64,000 nucleotides of DNA from Candidatus Latescibacterota bacterium (GTDB lineage Bacteria; Latescibacterota; UBA2968): assembly GCA_965204745.1 (NCBI GenBank), contig OZ242010.1:4512001-4576000 (forward strand), in the 5' to 3' direction. The translations under genes were made by a program, and so were the position numbers. Shown here one piece after another: positions 20,565-30,634 of the stretch; position 1 is the stretch's first letter, and every line of letters begins with the position of its first letter. The notes beneath the pieces are model-generated. The model was not told the DNA's origin. It ran no database searches and saw nothing but the letters and a program-made list of their open reading frames with translations.

Positions 20565-20720
20565 TTTGAACTCCTTTTTGAAAGTAGTCAGTCCCAACCC
20601 CCTACCCCACCCCGCCGCGTGCGTGCCCTTCCTCTCCACCTCTCCACCCGTGCGTCCCCATCCCCGCTCGCCTCTCGCCTTTCGCCTCTTGCCTCTCACC
20701 TCTCGCCTCTCACCTCTTAC

Positions 20721-21701
20721 CTATCGAAGCCATTTGTCCAAATCCGGCGTCAATACCGAGTTGATATCCGGATCGTTCATATTGTCTTTGGTCACGAGGG
20801 CAACGCCGGTGTCAATGCGTTTTTCAACGGGTTGATGCGCGAGATGTGCGGCCAGGGTCTTGACGCCGAGGTAGCCCATTTTGAAGGGGTTTTGCAAGAC
20901 TAGGGCGTGGATCTGGTCGTTTTGCAGGGCTTCCACGAGTTTTTCCGAACTGTCGAACCCAATGAAAATCACGCTACCGGCCAGGCCCGCGTCTTGCAGG
21001 GCGCGCAGCATGCCAAAGGTCGTGGATTCGTTGGGGCAGAAGATGCCTTGCACCGCGAGGTTGCCCGATGCGTCTTTGAAGGGCGCGAGCAGGTTTTCGC
21101 TGGCGCGATACGCGCTTTCTGTGGTGGCGCCGCCGTGCTGATTCGACGAGGCGATTTCAATGCCCGCGCACTCGCCTATCGCGTCCAAAAATCCCCGTTC
21201 GCGTTTTGCAGTGCTGGCCGATCCTTCCTGATAGCGCAGCATGATCACCTTGCCCGATTGGTTCAAGCGTTGGGCCATGTGCGCGCCTGCCATGCGCCCG
21301 CCCCGATAATTGTCCGTGGCGACAAAGGAGACGAAGTCCGCGCTTTGCAGGCCCGAGTCGATGATGACGACGGGGATGCCGTTGCGGACCGCATTGGCAA
21401 CGGGCACGCGGAGGGCCGTATCATCCAAGGGCGCGAGCACAATGCCGGAAACGCCGCGTGCGATGAAGGTCTCGACCAGCGCGATTTGATCTTCGCGGTT
21501 GTCTTCTTTGAGCGGGCCTTTCCAGATGATTTCGAGGTCCAACTCGCGTCGTGCTTTGACCGCGCCCGCGTGGATCGATTTCCAAAACTCGTGGGTCGTG
21601 CCTTTGGGAATCACGGCAATGGTCGTCTTGGACGGCCGCGGCGGTTCGCCTCCACACGCGATCAGCGCGAACGCCATGATCAACAAGTGCAAGCGGTTCA
21701 T
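20721..21701 (-). CDS. Sugar ABC transporter substrate-binding lipoprotein (RbsB-like)
   Basis: Lipobox LIAC, PKGTTHEFW, ATDNY.GG and QNPFKMG motifs. Confidence 0.9.
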   Translation of the reverse strand: MNRLHLLIMAFALIACGGEPPRPSKTTIAVIPKGTTHEFWKSIHAGAVKARRELDLEIIWKGPLKEDNREDQIALVETFIARGVSGIVLAPLDDTALRVPVANAVRNGIPVVIIDSGLQSADFVSFVATDNYRGGRMAGAHMAQRLNQSGKVIMLRYQEGSASTAKRERGFLDAIGECAGIEIASSNQHGGATTESAYRASENLLAPFKDASGNLAVQGIFCPNESTTFGMLRALQDAGLAGSVIFIGFDSSEKLVEALQNDQIHALVLQNPFKMGYLGVKTLAAHLAHQPVEKRIDTGVALVTKDNMNDPDINSVLTPDLDKWLR

Positions 21702-22540
21702 GGTTTTCCCCCCTTTCCGATGTCGTTATCGGTCGTCAGTCCCTGCCGGGCAATCCCTGCATCTGCCCACTTTTTGCCGGCGATAAGCCCGCCATCCACC
21801 ACCAAGGCGTGGCCGTTGACAAACGAGGCGTGGTCGCTGGCGAGATACAGAGCCGCCTGTGCCACATCTTCGGGTTGACCCGCGCGCTGAATGGGCTGTT
21901 CGCCGGCGAGTTTTTTGGTCATGGACGCATAAGCGCGGTCCGCGTCTTCGGGTGCGAGGCCCAATGCCGGGGCAAATATCGGGGTGGCAATGCCGCCTGG
22001 GCAGATGCAGTTGACGCGCACATTGTGCGGCCCCAGTTCCACAGCAGTCGTCTTGGTCAGGTGGATGACCGCGGCCTTGCACGCGCTGTACACATGCGGC
22101 CCATAACCCGTGCGAAGGCCCGCGACAGACCCGGTGTTGATGATGCTACCCGATAGCTGCTTTTTCATGATCGGCGCCGCGTGTTTGATGCCCATGAACA
22201 CGCCGCGCAGGAGAACCGCGACAGTGTCGTCAAACCCCTGCATGGATGTTTTTTCAACACCTCCGGCCACGCCGCCGTATCCCGCGTTGTTAAACAGGCA
22301 ATCCAGTCGTCCAAAGTGCGCGATGGCGCGGTCGATCATCGCCTTGATCTCGGGTTCGCGGCTGACGTCGGTGCGCTGAAAAATGGCGGCTGAACCGAGT
22401 TCGCGCACGAGGGCTTGCCCGTCCTGAATATCCGCAATGACCACGCGCGCGCCTTCCCGCACAAAGAGGCGAGCCGTCGCCCGCCCAATCCCACTCGCCC
22501 CACCCGTGATAACCGCAACTTTTTGGTCGAGTAATCCCAT
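21698..22540 (-). CDS. SDR family oxidoreductase
   Basis: TGGASGIG, NNAG and YSACK motifs. Confidence 0.93.
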   Translation of the reverse strand: MGLLDQKVAVITGGASGIGRATARLFVREGARVVIADIQDGQALVRELGSAAIFQRTDVSREPEIKAMIDRAIAHFGRLDCLFNNAGYGGVAGGVEKTSMQGFDDTVAVLLRGVFMGIKHAAPIMKKQLSGSIINTGSVAGLRTGYGPHVYSACKAAVIHLTKTTAVELGPHNVRVNCICPGGIATPIFAPALGLAPEDADRAYASMTKKLAGEQPIQRAGQPEDVAQAALYLASDHASFVNGHALVVDGGLIAGKKWADAGIARQGLTTDNDIGKGGKP

Positions 22541-22578
22541 CGTTCGCTTTCTGGCGTAAGATTTTGGCGTATGTCCTG

Positions 22579-22603
22579 ATACTAATTTTATATATATTAG
22601 TAT
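22579..22603. promoter_or_regulatory. Palindromic operator-like site between divergent SDR and Fic genes
   Basis: atactaat-N9-attagtat perfect inverted repeat in an AT-rich gap. Confidence 0.5.
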
Positions 22604-22612
22604 GAAATCAGT

Positions 22613-23947
22613 ATGAACCCATCAATACGGGCGGCGACCATGAAAAAGCCTCAAACACCACCGGCTTTCGATGATCTCATGCGCGAATTGCGAGTTGAAC
22701 GCTTTCCGCATGTGATTTCCAAAGTGAGACCATCCGATTACTTGCATTGGGATCAGTTGCGCCATCGGACGCCGCCCGCGGGGTTGACGCATCGCGAGTG
22801 GTGGTTGGGCATGAAGTTGTGGCGCAGGGGATCGTGGCGCGATATCCCACTGATCGACTGTTCGGGAAAGCCCTTTCGCTTTTTGATTACCGATCCCATG
22901 CTCGCGTCTTTGCATCAAATTGATTTGGGAATGCGCGGTTTTGCCGGTCTGTCCGACCAGCTCGTCGAGAACCGCAATCGCTACGCTGTGGATTTGCGGG
23001 TTGAAGAGGCCATTACGTCTAGCCAACTCGAAGGCGCCGCAACCACGCGGCGGGTCGCTCGAGAAATGCTCCGTGCTGGGCGCGCTCCGCAAAATCGCAG
23101 TGAGCAGATGATTTTGAACAATTATCGCGCGATGCAGGCTATCGCAGAGTTGAAAGATCGCGCCTTAACGCAAAGCCTCATTTTCGACCTGCACCGAATG
23201 GTGATGGAAGATATACTGGACGCCGCTTCGGGGTCGGGGCGTTTTCGGAATGCCGACGAATCGATTTATGTTACCGATCAGACCACGGGCGATGTTTTGC
23301 ACCACCCGCCGCCCGCCGCAGAACTCCCCGAACGCCTGCATGCGATGTGCGATTTTGCCAATGGCAAAACGCCAGATGGGTTTATTCATCCAGTGCTTCG
23401 GGCGATTATGCTGCATTTCTGGTTGGGATACGATCATCCGTTTGTCGATGGCAATGGCCGCACAGCACGCGCACTTTTTTACTGGTCGATGTTGCACAAT
23501 GGGTACTCCCTGTTTGAATTTTTGTCCATTTCCCAAATTCTTCGCAAAGCCCCCGCGAGCTATGGCCGATCCTTTTTGTACACCGAAACCGATGACAATG
23601 ATTTGACCTATTTTATTTTTTTTCAACTGCGCGTTATTGAACGAGCGGTGCAGGCCCTGCGCGAATATATTGAACGCAAAATGCGACAGTTCGACGCCAT
23701 CGATCAGATGCTGAAATTCCCCGCGTTCAATCATCGCCAACGCGCACTTTTAAGCCACGCGCTCCGCCATCCGCGCCATCGCTATACGATCCAGGGTCAT
23801 CGGAACAGCCACGATGTGGTGTACCAAACCGCACGCACGGATTTGCTAGCCCTTCAAAGGTGGGGGTTGCTCGATGCCGCGAAAGTGGGCAAGCGATGGA
23901 TCTTTACGCCAGTTGAAAATTTGTCGCAAAAATTGCGCGGCTTGTGA
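22613..23947 (+). CDS. Fic family protein (class II-like, C-terminal HTH)
   Basis: HPFVDGNGRTAR Fic motif; SSQLEG inhibitory motif; start may be the next ATG at 22640. Confidence 0.92.
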   Translation: MNPSIRAATMKKPQTPPAFDDLMRELRVERFPHVISKVRPSDYLHWDQLRHRTPPAGLTHREWWLGMKLWRRGSWRDIPLIDCSGKPFRFLITDPMLASLHQIDLGMRGFAGLSDQLVENRNRYAVDLRVEEAITSSQLEGAATTRRVAREMLRAGRAPQNRSEQMILNNYRAMQAIAELKDRALTQSLIFDLHRMVMEDILDAASGSGRFRNADESIYVTDQTTGDVLHHPPPAAELPERLHAMCDFANGKTPDGFIHPVLRAIMLHFWLGYDHPFVDGNGRTARALFYWSMLHNGYSLFEFLSISQILRKAPASYGRSFLYTETDDNDLTYFIFFQLRVIERAVQALREYIERKMRQFDAIDQMLKFPAFNHRQRALLSHALRHPRHRYTIQGHRNSHDVVYQTARTDLLALQRWGLLDAAKVGKRWIFTPVENLSQKLRGL

Positions 23948-23961
23948 TGGGCCTGAACGCC

Positions 23962-25659
23962 TTATTCTTTTATGGTCAGCATCACGCGGCGCACGTCCAT
24001 GACTTGGATGCCGGGGATGTCGAGGGCGCGCAAAGTCAGTGTGCCACGCCCCGCGGTCAGGTGGATCGTCCCGAGGGACAGGGGCGCGAAATCCTTGACA
24101 TAGGACTCGCCCTGGCGCGGGCAGCGATCGTCGTCTGCGCCCACGAGCGGGGGATCGTGCGCGTCATGGACTCGGCCTTGCACGGTGGCGGTATTCGCGC
24201 CGTGAAACGCCAACGCCACAGTCGCGCCCACATCTTCTGCCGGGCACGTATAGTAAATCGCCGCGTCATAATCGCCGGTTGTGCCGACTTCGATCTCCCA
24301 CGTCATCCGATCTCCCACTTGGGTCCAATGCGTGAAATACGAGCAGTTCGGCGCGCCTGCACTGCGTGCGATGCTACCGACCGAGACCCCATCTCTTGCG
24401 GGCAAGCGCGTGGATTTCCAATGGCCCACGGCAAAGGGGCGGTCGTCGGTGACGGGCAACACTTCGGCGCGAAATTTTGCCACGGCATCGGACAACGCCG
24501 CATGCACCTCCGGATGGTCTTGCGACACGTCCGTCGTCTGCCCGCCATCTGCGACCATATCGTACAACTTGCCCGCCACATCCAACCGAAACCGCTGGTT
24601 GCGCGCACTGAGTTGCGCCCGCTGATGAGACAGAATAATCCTGTCGGGCCACGCCACCTCCTCGCCCATGAGCAGGGGCTTCAAACTGCGCCCATCCAGC
24701 GGCTTTTCACTCGCCAAATCAATGCCCGCCAAATCCGCAAAGGTCGGCAACAAATCAATCGCGCCCGCGATTTCCTCAACCACCACGCCCGCCTCGATCT
24801 GCCCCGTCCAGCGCATCAACCCGGCCACGCGCACGCCGCCTTCATCTGCCGATCCCTTCGTGCCCTTCATCCCGCCATTCCACCGCGCGCCATTGGGGCC
24901 ATTGTCCCCGAAGTAAAACACTATCGTATCTTCCGCAATGCCCAAGTCGTCCAACTCGCCCAACAATCGCCCCACGTTCCAGTCGATGTTTTCGCACAGG
25001 GCGAGCGCGGCCCGAGTGCGGTCGATATCCTCTTGTTCCGGACGGGTCGCGCGCATCGCTATCGGCTTGTCGCGGAACGGGTCGTAAAATCGGTCTGGCA
25101 CTTGAAAGGGCGTATGCGGGATGTTGTAGGGGATATAGCAGAAAAACGGCCGATCCCGCGCCACATTCTCCGCCATAAAGTCCATCGCGCGATCCGTGCA
25201 TTCGTCCGGCAAATAGCCCTTGCCGCGCGTCAAGTCGCCATTGTGCTCGAGTTCCGAGTCGAAATAGTGCCCCCAGTGCCCAGAGCAAAATCCAAAAAAC
25301 TCGTCGAACCCCCGCGCATTGGGGTGGTAGGGATGTTGCGTGCCATTGTGCCATTTGCCAAAGGCCCCGGTGGCGTAGCCCGCGGCCCGAAACACCTCGG
25401 CGATAGTTTGCTCGTCGAGGTTCAAGCGCTCGGCCCCTGTGCTCACGCCATGCACGCCGCCGCGCAGGTGATAGCGTCCGGTCAAAAATTCTGCCCGCGT
25501 GGGCGCGCACACCGGGCACACGTAAAACCGGTCGAACAGCGCGCCGTCTCGCGCCAGCGAATCCACATTGGGCGTATTGAGATTCGCATTGCCGTGCACG
25601 CTCAAATCGCCCCATCCCTGATCGTCTGTCAAAATCACGAGAATATTGGGTTTGGTCAT
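23962..25659 (-). CDS. Arylsulfatase
   Basis: [22 protein letters not shown] and DNGP motifs; GGAGG RBS before 25659. Confidence 0.92.
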   Translation of the reverse strand: MTKPNILVILTDDQGWGDLSVHGNANLNTPNVDSLARDGALFDRFYVCPVCAPTRAEFLTGRYHLRGGVHGVSTGAERLNLDEQTIAEVFRAAGYATGAFGKWHNGTQHPYHPNARGFDEFFGFCSGHWGHYFDSELEHNGDLTRGKGYLPDECTDRAMDFMAENVARDRPFFCYIPYNIPHTPFQVPDRFYDPFRDKPIAMRATRPEQEDIDRTRAALALCENIDWNVGRLLGELDDLGIAEDTIVFYFGDNGPNGARWNGGMKGTKGSADEGGVRVAGLMRWTGQIEAGVVVEEIAGAIDLLPTFADLAGIDLASEKPLDGRSLKPLLMGEEVAWPDRIILSHQRAQLSARNQRFRLDVAGKLYDMVADGGQTTDVSQDHPEVHAALSDAVAKFRAEVLPVTDDRPFAVGHWKSTRLPARDGVSVGSIARSAGAPNCSYFTHWTQVGDRMTWEIEVGTTGDYDAAIYYTCPAEDVGATVALAFHGANTATVQGRVHDAHDPPLVGADDDRCPRQGESYVKDFAPLSLGTIHLTAGRGTLTLRALDIPGIQVMDVRRVMLTIKE

Positions 25660-27050
25660 GGTGCCTCCTTTTTGATCGCATCGTACTCTGGATTCACACA
25701 CTTCTCGCCCCAGCGTTTTAGCACGCAACGCAAGCCGATTTCGGATTCCGGGGATTGGCCCTTGTCGTGGGTTTGTGCGATCCATCGGGTCAAAATATCG
25801 CGGTGCTGTTGCAATGCGCCCGCATGGGTGGGATCAGCCGCGAGATTGTTCACCTCGTCGGGATCCGCATCGCAATCGTAAAACTCTTCTGCCGGGCGTT
25901 CCGTTGCCCAAAGAAACGCCTGCTCCGGCGCGAGTTCGCCCCGTGCGTACATCCCGCGTAGCAGTTCCATGTAATCCGATCCATCGCGGTATTGCGCCTG
26001 CATCAAGGGCCTATCGGTCATAAAATTCCGCACGTAGCGATACCGCTGCGACCGCACCGCGCGCATGCGATCAATGGTGAAATCGCAGCGATCCCTCGCC
26101 GCGATCACGTAGTCCCGCGGGACGAACTCCTCGCCGAACACATCTCGACCCTCCATGGACTCGGGCACCCCAAGCCCGGCGAGCGCGAGCGACGTGGCGC
26201 CGATGTCGATGCCGCTGACGAGATCTGACCGCACTGTGCCGGGTTGTACGACCGCGGCGTTGCCGGCCCAAGAAATCATCAGCGGGATTTTATGACCGCC
26301 TTCGTAAATGAACTGCTTGTGCCGGGGCAGGCGCATGCCGTGGTCGCTGAACAGGAAAATGATCGTATTCTCGCGCAGGCCATCTTCCGCCAAGCGGGAC
26401 AAAATCCAGCCCACCTGTTCGTCCGTGTGCAAAATGCAATCGTAGTGCAGGGCGATTTCCCTGCGGATGATCTCGTGATCAGGATAAAACGACGGCACGC
26501 GCACAGCCGCGGGATCGACTCGGTGGCGCTTGAGCAAGCCGATGCTCTTGCCACCCCGAAGTTGAATCTGTCCAAAAAACGGCTGACCGGGGGCGCGTGC
26601 GGACCACTCGGTTCCGTTTTTCGCGCCTTTGAAATCATTGGCGCCGTTGTGATGGTCGAACAAAACATCCGACTCATACACAAAATTGTAGTGCGTCTTG
26701 CCCTCGTTGAACGTGTAATACCCCGCGTCTCGAAAGTATTCCGGGATCGTCTTCACCCCATCGGGCAAGTGGATGGCGTCGTACTCATCGCCCATGTCCA
26801 ACCCGCGAAAATGGGGTTGCGAACTGAGGTGATTGTGCGCGCCAATGGTCGTCTGATACATCCCCGTAATGGTTGCCGACCGCGATGGCGAACACACGCC
26901 AGACGTTTGATACGCCCGATCAAATCGCACGCCCGAGGCCGCGAGCGCGTCTATATTCGGCGTCTGCACGGTTTGGTCGCCGTAGCAACTCATCCACGGG
27001 TTCATATCCTCGAGAAACAGCCAAAGGACATTGGGATGGGTGTTTGACAT
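25656..27050 (-). CDS. Sulfatase
   Basis: CSPSRS formylglycine motif, SDHG; AAAGGAG RBS. Confidence 0.92.
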   Translation of the reverse strand: MSNTHPNVLWLFLEDMNPWMSCYGDQTVQTPNIDALAASGVRFDRAYQTSGVCSPSRSATITGMYQTTIGAHNHLSSQPHFRGLDMGDEYDAIHLPDGVKTIPEYFRDAGYYTFNEGKTHYNFVYESDVLFDHHNGANDFKGAKNGTEWSARAPGQPFFGQIQLRGGKSIGLLKRHRVDPAAVRVPSFYPDHEIIRREIALHYDCILHTDEQVGWILSRLAEDGLRENTIIFLFSDHGMRLPRHKQFIYEGGHKIPLMISWAGNAAVVQPGTVRSDLVSGIDIGATSLALAGLGVPESMEGRDVFGEEFVPRDYVIAARDRCDFTIDRMRAVRSQRYRYVRNFMTDRPLMQAQYRDGSDYMELLRGMYARGELAPEQAFLWATERPAEEFYDCDADPDEVNNLAADPTHAGALQQHRDILTRWIAQTHDKGQSPESEIGLRCVLKRWGEKCVNPEYDAIKKEAP

Positions 27051-27064
27051 AGTTGCTCCTTTCA

Positions 27065-27153
27065 AAGTCGAGATTGACCAAGCACAAGTACGCGGTGATC
27101 AGGAACACACCCGCGGCGGCTATGGTGTAAAATTTGTTGTTGGAAGTGTTCAT
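27065..27153 (-). pseudogene. Possible truncated N-terminus of a membrane protein (MNTSNNKFYTIAAAGVFLITAYLCLVNLD)
   Basis: AAGGA RBS plus ATG and one TM helix that runs directly into the sulfatase RBS. Confidence 0.35.
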
Positions 27154-27200
27154 GTTATCCTTGTTTATCCCGGCTTATAGCCGCCGGGACATGCCCGTGT

Positions 27201-29320
27201 TCATCGGTGGTTGCTCGTTTTGACCTCAAAACTCTCACTCCAAAAATGTGTATATTCTCCATGGTGGTAATGGTACTGCCCGGTACGGATTTTTGCAATG
27301 TCGTAGTCCGGCAGGCGGCGTATCGCCATACAGGCTTCTCTTTCAAGAACGTCGAGTTGAAAGTCCAGATTGTCATAGCCGTATAGTTGGCGGTCAGCGC
27401 GCAGGTCGAACAACGCAACCGGGAATACGTGCAAAAAAAACGGCTTGTCAATCATTTTTTTGCACGGAGACTGCACATAGACGAGTTCGTCGTTGAAAAA
27501 ATAAACGTCATAAACCGAGCGGATGACGGGATCCCTGCCTCGGAGCATTGCCTCAATTAGGGGTCTGAAATCGTCCCGAGAGCGCAAGCCGAGGTCCGCG
27601 AAACGCGCTTGTGCCCACTGCGGATCCGCTTTGAAGGGCATCCACAGGTTAGGGCCAACTGGGACAGCATAGGGGGCATAGCTGAGGGCACCTGCCGCGC
27701 TGTTTGCGGCCGGGTAGATCTCGATGTTGACGCCCTGTTGTTCGAGATATCCCGATGGTGGCTCTCGGTCATGTGCGAGCAGGCGTTCGCTATTAGGGAG
27801 CGTCACGGGATTGCGTGCTATGGTCTTGTCATTCAAGCCGTGCCAGTCAATGAATTTCACATCGGGAAGGTAATAGGGCCAGATGCCTGCCCCCCTTGTG
27901 GTCATCACCGCATCATCGGGAATGACCCCGCGCTTCATATTTCGATAGGGTTGATACTGCCGAAGACGCTTGTTGGCAGATTCGAGGTGATTATGAAATC
28001 TCATACAGACCCATTGCCTAACGAGCTTTGTTCGTAGGTCGTTGGAGATTGTAGATAGCATCGCCATCCCGGGCGCGGCCAATAGCCTGCCCGAGTTCTC
28101 CTCATTGAGCGTCACTGATATGATTGGATTCCTGATGCCATCGACCATGAGAGCAAGTTGCATAGCACTGGCATAGAATAACATGGGGAGAAAGATAACG
28201 ATTGTGAAAATTATGTATAACCTTTTTTTTAGGGGGGGGGGGGGGGGCCATGATTGTAGTGACGCGAACTGGCATACCTCCGGACAATGGCGGACGACCA
28301 CAGGCCGAGATGAACGAGGCCCTCCGCCGCTGGCACCGCCAACAGGGGCCAATAGAAATCCAACGGGCGATACTCAAAATGATCCCCGCCAATCTGGGCG
28401 AGGTACGCCATGTGAGAAATGATGCAAAGCAACGGCAGGGTGTAGGTCAGGCTATGGCGTACTCGCCACCCTCTGATCAAAGACAGTACTACCAACGGCA
28501 ATAGCAGATACAGCCCGGTCTCCAACGCCGCCATCCACAGATAGCGCAGGCCCATGTCGTACCACGGGCGCACATGCTTGGCGTAGTACGTATTGGGCAA
28601 CCACTCGCCATAGTACGCATAGCGAAACAGAAAATGCGCCCCCACTATCGCGACGAAAGGCACGACCAAATACGCCAATTCACGCCAATCCACTCGCAAC
28701 CGTTTGTTTTTGACCACGCGCTCAATGGCGAAATAGCCAAAACAGCAAGCCGCGATTAAAGGGCCCTCGGGCCGCGTCAAGGCAGCAGCGGATAAGAACA
28801 ACGATGTCCCCAACAAACCCCGGAGGCTATCTCCGTACAGGCTCAGACACACTATGGACGAGACGACGAAGAGCGTGAACTGCCGCGTCTCCAATCCACC
28901 ACCTGATGTCCATGTTGCAAAAGTCACACTGCTGCACACCAACCCCAACGCCATCCACGCCACCAATCCCCGATAGCGCAGTTCGGGCAAGCGAGACACC
29001 CACCACAGCATCGCGGCGAGTGTGCCCACCGTGCAGGCCACCGACAGCCACGGTGCCACATGCTCGGGACGCAGGCCGAACATGCCCCATATCGCCGCCA
29101 ATTCCAGCACCCACAGGAAGTTGGAGTAGCCCTCAACGCGCTCGCCGGGATTGAACACCAAGCCGTGCCCTTCTAGCAGGTTGCGGGCATAGCGGAAGCT
29201 GATAAACGCATCGTCCGTCAGAAACCATGTGACATAGGTCAGACAGCCGAGCAATATCAGCCACGGCAGGCAAGCGATGGCGAGGCCAAATCGGGATGTC
29301 GGGCTAGAACGCATTCTCAT
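27201..29320 (-). pseudogene. GT-C fold membrane glycosyltransferase split by frameshift at a C16 tract (putatively phase-variable)
   Basis: DDAFISFRYARN..G.GL...GERVEG and RPEG motifs; ORFs 28229-29320 and 27201-28352 join if the tract at 28232-28247 is C14 or C17. Confidence 0.8.
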
Positions 29321-29374
29321 GATCTCTCAATAGGTGTTGGGATGTTCACAAGGGCAGCACCCAAAAAGGTGAGC

Positions 29375-29525
29375 GGTGAGAGGCAAGACGGGAGAAGACC
29401 TACACTCACTGCTCGCCTTTGAACGGGCTGTCGCCAGTTGTACCCCGCTCGTGGCTAATTCCTCTCACCTCTCCCGTCTCACCTCTTACCGAAGGGGGTT
29501 GGGCCGGGTGGCCTGACCACTGACT
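29375..29525. repeat. Composite intergenic repeat (family A plus heptamer modules)
   Basis: ggtgagaggcaagacgggagaagac.tacactcactgctcgcctttgaa is shared with 33432-33480 and, inverted, with 63186-63224. Confidence 0.75.
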
Positions 29526-30633
29526 ACTGCCTCAAACATTTCCCCTCCCGAATCGCGCCTTCAAACCGCGCCCAGGTCGAATCGGAGACTATCGGTCTGG
29601 GTGCCACTGTCAGCGAGTCCGTGTAGGGCGCGAGGGAACGGATGCGGTCTTTTGTCAAGGGGTGGCTGGAAATATAGGCCAAGCCGTCTGGCACATCGCC
29701 CGTGACTGCGAGGATGATTTCAAAGACCTCGACCATGCCCGCGGGGTCGATCTCGGCATCCAAAATCATTTTCATCCCCTGGATATCCGCGGCGGCTTCG
29801 TGCCGTCTGGAAAACCGTAGGGCGCCGACCATCGCGGCATTGTCGAGCACGTAGTCCAACCCGCCGGCCTCGCTCGAGATGGCGGCGACGAGGGCGCGTG
29901 TCGCGATTGCCCGGAAAACGGCCCGGGTGCCGTGTCGTTGTGCGACGTGCTGAATTTCGTGGGCGATGATGCCGGCGAGTTGTTCCGGGGATTTTATCTG
30001 CTTGAGAAATCTGGTCGTTATGGCGATATAACCCCCGGGCAACGCGTACGCATTGAGATGGTCGTCATCCACCACATAGACGCGAAAGGTGTAGGGCAGG
30101 TCGGCGCGCGCGGTTAGGCGGGCGACGACCTCATCCACCACCTCGGCATAGACCGCGTCGCCACACCGGTCCGCTTCGGGCGCGATGTACGCCACAACGG
30201 ATCGGCCGAGCGCGTTTTCCCATGCGACGGGCGCGATGCGCGCCATGCCATCCACCAACACGGGCAACCCATACCCGTAAGTCAGCCATATCACGAGGAC
30301 GATGCATGCGATGCACAGCCCGACGAGCGGGGGGCGATACTTGCGAACCGCGGGATCGTGACAGCCGGACGCGGGATAGCGGGCGCGAATCGCCCGTAAA
30401 ATCCCCACATCTTCGATAGCGAGGGCCTGCCCAAAAACGTCGTTCTTTTCCAATCGCACCCATTCCCCGGTGTAAAAACCCTCGGTCTGGCGAAAACTTC
30501 CATAAGCCCATTGTTCGGGAGGGCGGTCAGCAAAGATCACCTCGAGGCCATCGGCCCCAACCCGCACTTGCACCGGAGCGAGATCGGCGGTTTGTCCATC
30601 GCAAAACTGCGCGTGCCAAGTATCGCGTGCCAT
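29524..30633 (-). CDS. M48 family metallopeptidase
   Basis: NAYALPGG, AHEIQH, FSR..E..AD and SSHP motifs. Confidence 0.9.
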   Translation of the reverse strand: MARDTWHAQFCDGQTADLAPVQVRVGADGLEVIFADRPPEQWAYGSFRQTEGFYTGEWVRLEKNDVFGQALAIEDVGILRAIRARYPASGCHDPAVRKYRPPLVGLCIACIVLVIWLTYGYGLPVLVDGMARIAPVAWENALGRSVVAYIAPEADRCGDAVYAEVVDEVVARLTARADLPYTFRVYVVDDDHLNAYALPGGYIAITTRFLKQIKSPEQLAGIIAHEIQHVAQRHGTRAVFRAIATRALVAAISSEAGGLDYVLDNAAMVGALRFSRRHEAAADIQGMKMILDAEIDPAGMVEVFEIILAVTGDVPDGLAYISSHPLTKDRIRSLAPYTDSLTVAPRPIVSDSTWARFEGAIREGKCLRQ

Positions 30634-30634
30634 T

